The notes beneath the pieces are model-generated. The model was given only the letters and a program-made list of their open reading frames with translations, did not search any database and had not been told where the DNA came from. A DNA stretch of 64,000 bases from assembly GCA_026914245.1 (NCBI GenBank), contig CP110439.1, forward strand, positions 8,432,001 to 8,496,000. Direction: 5' to 3'. This DNA comes from Puccinia triticina. Lineage: Eukaryota. Of the stretch, positions 1-12,523 are shown piece after piece. Every line of letters begins with the position of its first letter. Within the stretch, counting starts at the first letter, position 1. A program made the position numbers and the translations under genes.

Positions 1-3000
1 CGGCTTACATCGTACCGAATCTCAGGAAAACTTTGATCCAACTTTTGACAGACCTCGAATATTCAAGTGACGTCCGGCGCAAAGAAGAAAGTTCTAATCT
101 CCTAGCCCATCTTATCAGCTGTTCAAAAAGTCTCACCAAGCCATACGTGGCCCCCATGCTGAAAGTTTTATTACCGAAGGCTCGGGATTCGAACCCTGCT
201 GTAGCTTCTTCAATCATGATGGCTCTGGGCGAGTTGGCACGAGTAGGAGGAGCCGAGGTCTCCAGCCAGACAGGCACTATTATGCATTTGATTATGGATA
301 CTTTGAAAGATCTTTCATCGACGGGAAAACGAGAAGCAGCCTTGAAAACTCTGGGTCAGCTCTGCTCAAATACGGGCTATGTGGTCGAGCCTTACTTTGA
401 CGAGCCAACGCTCTTACCAATTATCACATCGATTTTGAAGACCGAAGCATCAAGTCACGTTCGCAGAGAAGCGTTGCGAGTCTTAGGAATTCTGGGCGCC
501 CTAGATCCCTACAGAAACACTGCATTGGACCAATTCGGCTGCAGTGGGATCGCCCTTGGAATTGGGTCTTCTTTGGATTTGGCCCCTATTCTCACCGACC
601 CCTCTCATCCTGACCAGATTGGTTCTTCGAATGAAAACTATTATCCCACCGTTGCATTTTCGGCCTTGCTGTCAATTCTTCAAGACTCGAGTTTGTCGCA
701 TCATCACGCCGCTGTCGTACAGGCCATCATTTACATATTCCGATCGCTCAGATTGAAGTGTGTAGGATTTCTTCCCAAAGTGATTCCAGCATATCTAAGT
801 GCTATGCGTCTCTGCAATGTGGCTTTACAGGAATATTACTTTCAGCAACTTGGTTATTTGATTCAGATGGTCAAGCATCACATCAGGAATCATCTCCCGT
901 CCATTGTCACCCTGATCCACGAGTTTTGGAGCATGAATAACACATCGAGTAGCACCGGCGGTGGCACCGTGGCTGGGGGATCTGGAACAGGCGGTAATGT
1001 GAGCGGAGGGGTTGGCGTTTCCGCAACCGGCGGGCTGAATGAAAACGGTATCGTCACCGCCACCCGACCAAGCGGCTCGACACTTTTGACGGTCATCGTA
1101 GATCTGATCGAGTCTATAGCACTAGCGCTAGAAAGTGAATTCCGGACGTACCTCCCTTCATTCCTACCGCTTCTCATCGATTCGTTTGATTACAGCAACA
1201 CAGTCGCAGCATCCGGAAGTCTAAGCTCAGGAACGGCAAGTGGAGCGTCAGAATCGTCAAGTAGCTTTCTGGAGAAGAAATATCAAACTCTTAATCACAT
1301 CCTGAAAGCGTTTCAGACATTCGGCAACAACTTGGAAGATTATATTCAATTAGTTTTGCCTTGCCTGATCAAGACAATCGAAAAACCCGAGTTGCCACTT
1401 AGCTTGAGGAAGAACGCTATCATCACATTGAATGTGTTGAGTATGAAGATCAATTTGATTGATCAAGTTTCGAGAGTCATCCACCCTCTGATCAGAGTGG
1501 TTAACGTTGGTAACAACGAGTTGAGGAGCTTGACGATGGATGCGATATGTAGTATCCTCATTCAGATCGGGCCCGACTTTGTTATCTTTCTGTCGACAGT
1601 CAATCATGTGAGTTTTTACTAATGCTTTGCTAAAGGGATGTACGACTAACTGATGTGTCCCATCGACAAACATGTATAGGCCTTGACTCAAGCACGGTAC
1701 TCACATCCATTATACGAATCGCTGGTTTTGAAACTACTGAAGGGGGAGACCTTGCCAGACCCTAATTTCAACAAACCTCAAGCGAATGTAACAGTCGAGT
1801 CCGACATCGCACCAGATGCCGGAACGACCAAGTTTCAAGTGAATCAACAGAACCTAAAATCTGCTTGGGAAACATCGACAGTCAAGAAGCCGAAATCTGA
1901 GGATTGGAAAGAGTGGATCAAGCGGCTTTCCGTCCAATTATTACAATCTTCCCCAAGTCACTGTCTGAGGGCTTGCGCCAATCTATCAAGTGTCTACCCG
2001 CCATTGGCCAGGGAGCTTTTCAATGCAGCTTTTGTGTCTTGCTGGATGGAGCTATTTGAACGATATCAGGTATGTCTTAGCGCCCTTGGAGCCGAGTAAC
2101 TCACAACGCTTACTAACTACGCGTTCCTCTCATAGCTCGAATTAGTCGCGGCCATTCAGATTGCACTCTCTTCGCCGACAATTCCTCCCGAAATCACTCA
2201 AACTCTTCTAAACCTGGCGGAATTCATGGAACACGATGAAAAAGTCTTACCGATCCGGATCAGTACCTTGGGCATGTATGCTCAAAAGTGTCATGCATTT
2301 GCGAAAGCCTTACACTACAAGGAAATCGAGGCGTTCACAGAACCCACAGCGGATACGCTGGACAGTCTGATTCAGATCAATCAGCATTTGCAGCAACCAG
2401 ACTCGGCCCAGGGGGTGTTAACGATGGCTCAACAGCGCTTCGGGATGGAGATCCGGGAGGAATGGTTCGAAGAACTTGAACGCTGGGAGGACGCCTTAAA
2501 CAGTTACACCCGAAAGCTAGAAGAAGACCCAAAATCGATCGATGCCATCCTAGGCGGAATGAGATGTCTACATGCGCTAGGAGAATGGGAATCTTTGTCG
2601 GAACTTGCTCAGGATAACTGGGAGAGCTCATCAAACGAGGTCAAGCGGACCATGGCTCCATTGGCGGCTGCGGCTGCTTGGGGATTGGCGCAATGGGATA
2701 GTATGGATAGCTATATCAACGTTTTGAAATCCGATTCTGCTGAAAAGGCTTGGTTTAAATCCATCCTTTCCATCCATCGTGGTCAACATTCGGTTGCTCA
2801 GAAACTTATCAACAAAGCTCGTGACACACTGGACACTGAGCTCTCGACTCTCTTGGGCGAAAGTTATAGTCGTGCCTACAAGTAAGTTCCCGTTAACTAT
2901 AGCAATCTACGACCTTCTGTCGAACTAATTTCTTTTTTCGGCCTCCTCACAGTCTCGTTGTCAGGGTTCAAATGCTTTCGGAGCTCGAAGAAATCATAGC

Positions 3001-6000
3001 CTATAAGGAGTGTAAGGACGATGACCCAAGCAAACAGCTGCAGATCCAGCAGACTTGGATGAAGCGGCTAAAAGGCTGCCAACGCGACGTCGAAGTTTGG
3101 CAGAGAATCCTGAAGGTCAGAGCCTTAGTTTTGACACCAAGAGAAGACGTAGGGATGTGGATCAAGTTCGCAGGGCTGTGTCGCAAGTCGGGAAGGCTAG
3201 GACTTGCCGAGAAAACTCTGAATTCCTTGATGAGTGAGAACATCGGCAATGGTCTTGAATCGGTAATGCATTTACAGAAGCACCCATCTCTCCCTAATTA
3301 TCGCGCTGATGCCAGTCTTCTCTCATCCAATATGGTTTAGCGTGGTCCACCTTTGGTGATTTACTCGCACATCAAATACATGTGGGGTTCTGGAGCGAAA
3401 CACGATAGTTTGATGTACCTGAAAGATTTTACGCTTCGACTGAGTGAAGATGTATTTGATCACCGAGATCTGAGTGAAGAAGACTTTGAACAACAGAGTC
3501 GACGAGTCGGACATCAGCGACTTTTATCTCGTTGTCATCTGAAACTTGGCGAATGGCAATCCCAATTGCAGGAGGATTGGAGCTCGCCAGCAGTTGCAGA
3601 AATCCTAGAATCGTACAAACTTTCATCAGAACTCGATCCAGATTGGTATAAAGCTTGGCATGCGTGGGCCTTGGCGAATTCGAAGGTGGCTTCCCATTAC
3701 GAGCGCAACCAGGATGCCAATTCGGTCCCAGCTGAGATCGTCCAATACCATCTAGTCCCGGCCGTTCTAGCGTTTTTCAAATCGATCGCTCTGTCACCCG
3801 GCAATGCACTCCAAGATATCTTGAGATTACTCGGGATTTGGTTTAAGTACGGTGATCACCAAGTAGTCGCGAATGCTATCCAAGATGGTTTCGGCAACGT
3901 TAGCATCGACACCTGGCTGGAGGTCGTTCCTCAGTTGATTGCACGGATCCATGCCCCCAGTGCCAACGTTCGACGTCTTATCCACAACATCTTATGTGAT
4001 GTTGGTAAAGCCCACCCGCAAGCATTAGTATACCCGCTGGTAGTGGCGTCTAAATACCCCAACGAACCTAGAAGGAAAGCAGCGCTCGACATAATCACCA
4101 AGATGAAGATGCACAGTGCACTTCTCATCGAACAGGTCAGTTGGTTCCCGTGCCTAGTTGCATTTCCGTTGAAAATGAATTGAAACAATTCTCGATATTT
4201 GTTTTGTAGGCCTTGTTGGTCAGCAGTGAATTGGTCAGAGCCGCGATCTTGTGGCCCGAAATGTGGTATGAGGGCTTGGAGGAGGCATCCCGATTGTTCT
4301 ACGGAGACCATAATATCGACGCAATGTTTGCCACTCTGGAGCCGCTACATGACCTATTGGAGAAGGTAAGCATCGTTTGATGAAGCAGGATTGCCGAGGA
4401 AAAAATTATGTCTTACGTCATCCATGTTCTTTTTGAAGGGCCCTGAAACGATTCGGGAATCACATTTTGCCACGACTTATGGTCACGATTTGTCGGAGGC
4501 TCGTGCTTGCTGTCGGAAGTACAGAGAGCGAGGGGATGTGAGCGATCTCAATCAGGCATGGGATTTGTATTACCAGGTAAAGAGATTTCTTCAAAACACT
4601 TTGCTTGAATAACAACGAGAATATAAACTAGTCTCATGTTTTTGGTTTGCACGTCTTTGCAGGTCTTCCGCAGTATCGCGAAATCTCTTCAGATGACCCA
4701 TATGCTTGACATGCAGACTGTCTCTCCACCCTTATTGGACGCTCGCGATCTTGAAATTGCTGTTCCAGGTCAGAATTTCGATTACGCTAGTCAAATACTC
4801 AGAAGTTAACTCGAGCCTTTTCTTACCAATATTCCGAAATCTTTTGGATTTGAACATATTAGGTACTTACCGCAGTGGCAAGCAAGTGATCACAATCGGG
4901 TATATCTCACCGATCTGCAAGATCATGGGATCTAAACAAAGGCCTCGAGAGTTGTCGATCGTTGGCAGTGAAGGTCGATGTTACCGATTCTTGTTGAAAG
5001 GACACGAGGACTTGAGACAAGATGAACGGGTGATGCAGTTGTTTGGATTGATCAATACTCTCCTCTCCAAGGATCCCGAAACTTTCAAGAGACATCTGAA
5101 CATTCGGCGATATGCGGTCATTCCCCTGGCTCCTAATTCTGGGTTGTTGGCTTGGATCGAAAACACGGACACACTCCATGTATTGATCAAGTAAGTACAG
5201 TCCGAAACTTTGGCCGGTCAATATCGATATCGTCTCTTATTATGCCCACAAACATCCATTTTTGGGTTGGATTGAAAGGAATTACCGAGAAGGCCGAAAG
5301 ATTCTGCTGAACATTGAAGCACGATTAATGCAACAAATGGCGATCGATCACGAACGGTTGTGTTTGACACAGAAAGTCGAGGTTTTTGAATATGCGATGG
5401 ATAATACTACCGGGCAAGATCTATATCGGGTTTTGTGGCTGAAGAGCAGGAATTCTGAGGCCTGGTTAGATCGACGAATCAATTACTCTCGATCTTTGGC
5501 TGTGATGTCAATGGTTGGACGTACGTTTCATGCCCATCTAACCATTTTCACAAATTTGTTGCGCTTATGCTGGATGGTTTATTGAACTTATATGTGTCTT
5601 GTTGCTTTTCGCATGACCCATTTTTGTGTACACAGACGTTTTGGGCTTGGGAGATCGACATCCATCGAACTTGCTCTTGGATCGAGTCACCGGAATGATT
5701 ATTCACGTTGATTTCGGAGACTGTTTCGAAGTAGCAATGACACGAGAGGTACGCCCGAGCTGACTGACAATAATTACACCCAATCTTAACGTCTTCTTTT
5801 CCCTTTAACAATCAACAGAAATGGCCTGAAAAGATACCCTTCAGATTGACAAGGATGCTCGTCCAAGCGATGGAGATAAGTGGGGTTGAAGGGACGTTCA
5901 GAATCACTAGCGAAAATACGATGAGGGTAATGAGATCAAACAAAGAAAGTATCATGGCTGTCTTGGAGGCTTTTGTGCATGATCCTTTGATCAATTGGAG

Positions 6001-6541
6001 GTTGGTCAAAGGCGGAAGGCAACTAGATGAACGAGAAGGCGGTGCAACCAACCGTGAGCTTGGAACTTTGCTCTTCTCAGGCTCTCCAATGTGTTTCTAA
6101 TCGCGTCTCTATCCCTTTTTTTGGGGCTACCGCCATTCCCGCTCCTCCAGATGCGGGCCCCCGAATGCGTCGACCGAGAGAGGTCGAAACCAATTTATAC
6201 GATACTGCCCAGGCTGAAGTTCTCAATGATAAAGCATTGACAGTCGTCAATCGGGTCGAACAAAAACTCACAGGTCAGATCATTCACTCTTCCATCATTC
6301 CCGCCAAGTTTACTAATCTCTCCTTATCCAAAAAAACTGATTTGTTTAGGGAGAGATTTCAAACCCAATGAAGAACTGAGCGTCGCCAATCAGGTCAATA
6401 AGTTGATCTTGAAAGCTGTTTCTGCTGAAAATTTGGCACAATGTTTTACCGGATGGTGTCCATTTTGGGTAAGATGTTTTTCTCTTTAAATCATGTGGGT
6501 ACAATCTGACTTGGCTCTAATTCAATTTGATTCCCCAGTGA
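1..6541 (+). CDS. TOR: TOR serine/threonine kinase (PIKK family), 5'-truncated by the window edge, multi-exon
   Basis: Consecutive ORFs give HEAT repeats, FAT ([10 protein letters not shown]), FRB ([19 protein letters not shown]), kinase ([37 protein letters not shown]) and FATC (GWCPFW). GT-AG introns read at about 1608-1679, 2070-2135, 2882-2952, 3263-3340, 4136-4209, 4366-4438, 4577-4662, 4769-4862, 5191-5278, 5521-~5635, 5749-5818, 6054-6150, 6274-6349 and 6469-6538. Confidence 0.97.
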
Positions 6542-7229
6542 TTAACCGCGAAGTCAGTCAAACATCGAGAAGTGCACACAAGCGTCCTCAGGACTTCTCA
6601 GATTCGTTCAGGATCTACGATTTCAGAGATTCGCGGTCGCTCGCTATTGATCCACCCAGACTGTTTTCCTTTTTGCTGGCTTTGTTTTATTATTATCATA
6701 CTGTATACAAAATGTACTAGTTATATCTCCCAGAGTATTGAGAGGTCTCTCTTCCTTGTTTTCTTGATTGGTCGTTATTTTTTATACTTAATCCTCATAC
6801 ACAATAATATCTATACTAGTCTTTTTTATGCGCGTTTTCTATTGTTCTTTTGGGGGTCAAGAAGTTAATGGATTGATGGTTTAAACGCGGTGATCTACTT
6901 GATGGTATAAAGTTGTAAAGCTGAAATGCGATGATTTTCGCAAGTCCCTGCCGTGCTCGCGGGGCTCCTGCCAGGGCACGCGATGTCGCGGTTCTCGCGT
7001 GTGCAGTACCAGCCGGCTGGAAAGACCATAAAGCCCCTCAGATGACCCCCAACCTCTCGAGAAGCCAATGGCATCTTGCGAATCCATATGATTTCCTACA
7101 TGTTTTGAATGTTTGAATTTTTTTATAAAAAGGCAACACTTAGGTCAAAATCACTTGTAAATATGGCCAATACGTCACAGGAATTACAGATTGCTTACAG
7201 GGGCAGGCCGTCATCACACCCCTTTCACA

Positions 7230-7982
7230 CTAACTTAACACAAGTCCCCCCTGTTGGGAGGCTCCCTGTGGCTGGCCGCTTTGCGGCCCCTCCCGCAGGG
7301 AAGGACTTGCGTGTAATTTCAAAATGTTGGCTGGGAAAGAAATGGCCAATGGCTGGAGGGAAGATATTAAGCCTCAGCCAGCCTCCCCCTCAGCTCCTGC
7401 GGACTTACCCCAGAGCCAAATGACACTTCTGGACTTCAGCCTCCATTTGGCCCTGGTCTTGTCTCCTCAATCCCAACCGTTTTCCCTGTACTGGTATTTC
7501 AAAAATTAATAAAAAAGTTGAAGAAATGTAAACCAAGGATCTGAAACACTCAACACTCATGCCTTGTGGATCTTGGATTCACAAACCCACAGATATCTGC
7601 AGATCTTGCACCTGTAGCCATCCAATTGTAACATTTTCTTGCAGATATGATATTCACTCTTGCAGATTTTCAGAAAATCCAAAAACGGATCTTCAGAGCA
7701 ATGAAACATCCTGCAGGATTCCTTTGACCTTCAAAACAGATACCTTCCATCAGTTTTTGAGTGTTTCACACAAACAGTTGGGTGAGGGTGCGCATCAGTA
7801 CTGCCCTTAAATCTGTCTATTCAGTTTTTTTTGTACATATTTGGTTTATTTTTAAATAATTTTCAGCTAGTGATTTTGGGACTTAATATCCTTCCTTTCC
7901 CTGCCAGCCTGCAGACATTATCCATAAGCCTCTCCGGGCAGGGTCCCCCGGACCCTCCGTTTGAGAGGCTTAGTTAAGCTAG
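7230..7982. mobile_element. Non-autonomous DNA transposon with 9-bp TSD, Academ(H)-like termini
   Basis: TSD cctttcaca at 7221-7229 and 7983-7991. Termini ctaacttaac...gttaagctag are imperfect inverted repeats, with GC-rich subterminal hairpins. The left end matches the terminus of the helicase element at 62431. Confidence 0.75.
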
Positions 7983-8358
7983 CCTTTCACAACTCTCATG
8001 CCTCCTTGCAGAAGCTTTAGTTATGCTTGGACAATGTGTGCGGGGTGAAACAAACATACTTCTGATAGGCGCCAAAGCTCAAGATGTGGAAGGAAGATTT
8101 TTGAGGTCAACAATTTAAGAAACTTGAATTTAAATAGAGACTTGGAAGAAAAACTCTCAAAAATTGGGAAAACAACTCCTGTACGTCGCCGCAACTGGCG
8201 TTGGGAGTTGTTTTCCTAAATGCTTTTTTTGGGAGTCTTCAAAGACCATTTATTTATATTTGTTTTCCCAATCAATGGGAGTCATCCGCCCAAAAGGCCC
8301 TTCGCAGAGGGCCTCATTGGGAGTCGTCCGCGTGCGGGCACCACAACCCCCCTATATT

Positions 8359-8925
8359 ACAGGGCATGTAACCCGGGCACGGCAACACCCATATAACATT
8401 GTTACATGACATGTAACCCGGGCACCGCAACACTTATATAACATTGTTATGTGGCATGCAACCCAGGCATCGCACCCCCATATAACATTGTTATGCAACA
8501 TGTAACCCCCATACAACATATTTCTGCAACAGATAAACACCATGTAGATATTTCAGCAACAAGTAACCCCATGAAACATTTACACCAAGAAACCCATGTA
8601 TCAATCATGTGCAACATGTAACATGTTCCCGCAGCACACAATCCTCATGTAACATGTTTCTGCAACACACAACCCCCATGTAAGATGTTCCCACAACATG
8701 TAACCCCCAAGTACCCCACATGAATGTCCTGCACCATGTAACCCCCATGCAAGAAGTTTAAAAACATGTAAAATTTACACACCACCTGTGACATGCACAA
8801 ACACCATGTAAACCATAAGCAACATGTACACACACCACATAAGACATGTACACATGCACTATTTGACATGTAACATGTACACACCATGTAAGATTTAAAT
8901 TCTATGTAACATGTATACACCATGT
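8359..8925. repeat. Degenerate ~45-bp tandem repeat decaying into CATGTAAC-rich low complexity
   Basis: acccgggcac/acccaggcat recurs at 8371, 8416 and 8461 with atataacattgtt. Further decayed copies follow. Confidence 0.75.
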
Positions 8926-11410
8926 ACCAATTTTGTATGGTCAGGTTTAACCAGGGGTGTGTGCGCTGCTGTTGGAGCAGAAGACTGGAAGGAAAGCCCT
9001 TTCAAAAATGAAACTCACCTCCTTATTGTTATTTATCCTGCCATCAAAAGATAAACTGTTGAACCAATCTTGTGAATATCAATTTCTTCCAATCGACTTA
9101 ACGAAACTCTCTCACTGTGCCAGCTTTTTCTTCTGTTTTTGTATCTACAATGAATTGTATACCAAGAAAGAGTAATCAGAACACTTTAGGACCATAAACT
9201 GGAAAATGACAGAGTGCACCTCCATCATATTTTCCTCTATGCTTCTGCTTCCTTCTATGAAGTAACGGACTACATGAGTTGTGCAATTTTGGCCCAGAAA
9301 ATGAGCACGATTGGTAGCCTGGTTTTCAACACTTGGATTCCAACACGGTTCCTTCAGATAGTTTCAATGACTATCAGTCTACAGAAGGACTCCCTCTTAA
9401 TAAATCCCAAGAGATTCTGACAAACTCACCATCAGATAAACCTTTTGCACACAAGTCAAGTCTATCCCCACCCCACCCAAGCTTGGTTCAATTAATCCCG
9501 GATGATTACAATAAAGTCGGAGCATTGTTAATTGTCAAAAAAAAAACTGTGGAATCCCAGCCTTCACTCGCCCTTTCCACTCCAAACATCTCTGCAAAGT
9601 TTTAATATTGCTCTTGGAAGTCCTCTCGCCATGGTTGCACTAGTTGTAGACCCACAGTTTCATCCAATTTTGGCGGCAACTGGCAGTGGAGAACATTGGT
9701 TTTCAACCTCCTCAACAATACGGTGACAAGTAGCTGTTTCAGCAGTTCAATTTCCCTTGGTGATTTGCGCCGGATGTTTGCTGTGATGAATGTCTGCCAC
9801 ACTTCTTCCCTTGACCAAGGGTCCACACCTAGAAATCAAAGTAAGGTATAGAGGTCACTCAATTGATTCTGCAACAGTGTTCCTGTTAAGCAGAGTTTTC
9901 AATGGCTCTTTACTGCCAGAATGCCCCTGCTCCGGTTTGTCAATGGGTCACAAATCAGGCTATTTAGAAAATGGCATTTGTCAGTAACACAGCATGGATG
10001 ACAATCCGTAATTTGTGTTGAATTAACTCACTGGGCTTCATCCAGTATATTCCAAAACCATGTTCATTCAAAGAGAGCATTGTAATTGGAATCATAAAGA
10101 GTAGACACCGTGTCGTAAGTGACCAGAATAATATTGTGGCTCCAAAGGATACGTGCTGTCAATGTTTTTTGTGCTTCTCCCTGGTATACAATATATTTGA
10201 TGAGATTAAGGTCCAGATGCTTATGGATCTTGGCCTCCCAATTTGACAGGTTCAATAATGAGCAGATCAACAATGTTTCCTTTGAAAGCTCCTTGGTGGG
10301 ATTGCCAAATTCTTCAGCTGCATTCTTCAAAGTCACAATCAGTGCTAGTCAAGTCAAAGTCTTGCCGAGTCCCATGTTGTCTGCTAAGATGGATCCCTGA
10401 GTAGAGAATGTAAAATGTACCCGTTGCTAGGTACCCTGAACCGCCTGCACCCGCCCCGCACCCGCCAGGCGGTGCCGGGTGCCTGTTTTTTTGGGAAAAG
10501 CGGTGCGGTACCCGGGTACCGCCCCCAAGTACCTCCCATCCCCCGGGGGGGGCGGGGGGCAGGTAGCCCAGGCCACCAGTCCCGCTTCGGATATGGATAT
10601 GTAGACCTTGTATCATCCTGGAACGTTGACCCATTGACCCACCAATATGCCTCGCACCCGCCATCAAACCAGCTCAACGCAGGACAATCCACCTGATGAA
10701 GAAAACCTCCCAGACAGTTCTCAGCCCGCATCCCGAGGCCTTCCGGCTCATCGACCGACCGACGAGGAGGAGCTGAGTAAATCTTTTTCTCAATGATCCT
10801 GAAAACCACAAAAACGTTCTAATTCTTGATTCCTTGCATGTAGAAAGAGCTCAGAAAATTGCCGCCAATGCCATCAGTTCGAGCTATCAAGCCTATCACC
10901 CACCCAAACTTTCCAACCAAAGAGACAAGGTTGGCAGGCGGATGATTGCGTATACTTGCAAAATGTAAGCCATATTTATCATTGATGCAGTACATATCCA
11001 AGCTGATGGCCCAAAACCCGATTCAGCTGTGGCTCCAAAATCAATCGTCCAACCTCTGATTCCTCATGTAGCAACCTGAATAAACATGCATCAATCTGTC
11101 AACGAAAACATCAAGAAAGCAATGAAAATCAATGGTTGGTCGATCTTGGATTTTCGGCAAGCGGTCACATCAATCCAAAGGAGGTAAGGCCTTTTTTTAT
11201 TCAAACTCATCAATGTGATTGTTTCAATCTGATACAATAGGTTTTGAATGTTCTAGGTGCCCCAACTATGTGCCATATGGTGCGCTGAAGCGGCTAGGCC
11301 ATTTTCGGCACTGACCAAAGCAAGCCATAAATCAATCCTTCATCCAACCGTCATCAAGAACCTGCCAAATGCACACGGTGTCTCAAGGGACATTCATATG
11401 CTCTACTCGG

Positions 11411-12523
11411 TGTAAAGCTCAAAAGTGTTCCTGAGAACCTTTTGCTGAGTGCGGAAAGGGATGTATGAGGAAACCTCTGCCTTTCCTGGTTCACTAGACA
11501 CTAAAACAAGCCCACCACTCTCAGATTGGCAGGTTTAATGTAGTGATAGTGGAGTGTTATCAAAAGATAACTGTTGTTATAAAGTGGGTGCGATGAAGTT
11601 GCTAAAATGTGTTATGAGTGAGGAGTCTGGACTTCAATCAGATGATAGTTGGTCAAAGAGGACCCCTCAGAGGTTTGTGTTATGTAATGTGAGTGTTGTG
11701 TAGAGTTGTTATTTCATGTGTAAGTGTTTTGTAATGTTTGTAAAACCAAAATATAGGGTGACTAATATATTGTGGAGTGAGCAGTTGTGTACTTTGTTAT
11801 AGGGGAAACTGAGTGCAGGTAGTCTGCTGGGGGAAGGTTACAACAGGGGAGGAGAGCCTCCTTTTATAGACAACAGTGAGGGATTTTAGCTCCAGAGGAG
11901 CTCCACATGAGAGATTTTAGCTAGATACATGAGGGTTTTTGGCTAGTACATATGTTGAATGGGTGAATGTTATTGGTCAGGACTGTACAGGTGATTATGG
12001 GTTATGACATGCAGGTTGAATCAGGAGGTGTGATTGGTCAGGACTGTATGTTAGTGTAGTCATGCTGTAACCAGGTCACCTGCTGACCTGTTGTTATGCA
12101 ACGAAAATCCACTAGCGCATGCAGCTTAGTGCATGCAGCTATCACATGCAGCTAGCACCTGCATGAGTGCCTGCATGTGTACACTGTATGTATGTAAGTG
12201 ATGATGCAGCTATGTGTAAATATGTATGTAGCTATGTATGTAACCGTGTGTGTAAATAAGTGTTGTGAATGTGGATTGTGTAACTGTTTGAGGTTGTAAG
12301 GGGTATTGTGAGTGTGTAAGAGTATGTAACTTCTGAGTGAGTGCCCTTATGAGTGTTCTGTAAGGCAAGACTAGGGGTGAATTTGTCCCTAGAAACTGAA
12401 TCTTGAGGGATATTAAGTGATTGATAAGAGGAAAAGGGAGATTAAGAGTGAAAATAATAGAAATAAGAAAGAAAAGCAGAAAATTTTGATTTTGGCATAT
12501 GGGATACCATAAAGCATACCACA
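11411..12523 (-). mobile_element. Solo LTR (copy A) inside hAT
   Basis: TG...CA ends (tgtaaagctc...cataccaca), 4-bp TSD tcgg, TATA-like ctataaaag on the minus strand. The hAT sequence resumes after it. Confidence 0.85.

Noticed and set aside
890..6271. Antisense and alternate-frame ORFs over TOR, and similar ones over p62 and the SH3 gene
   Set aside because: Shadow ORFs of real coding sequence with no independent support.
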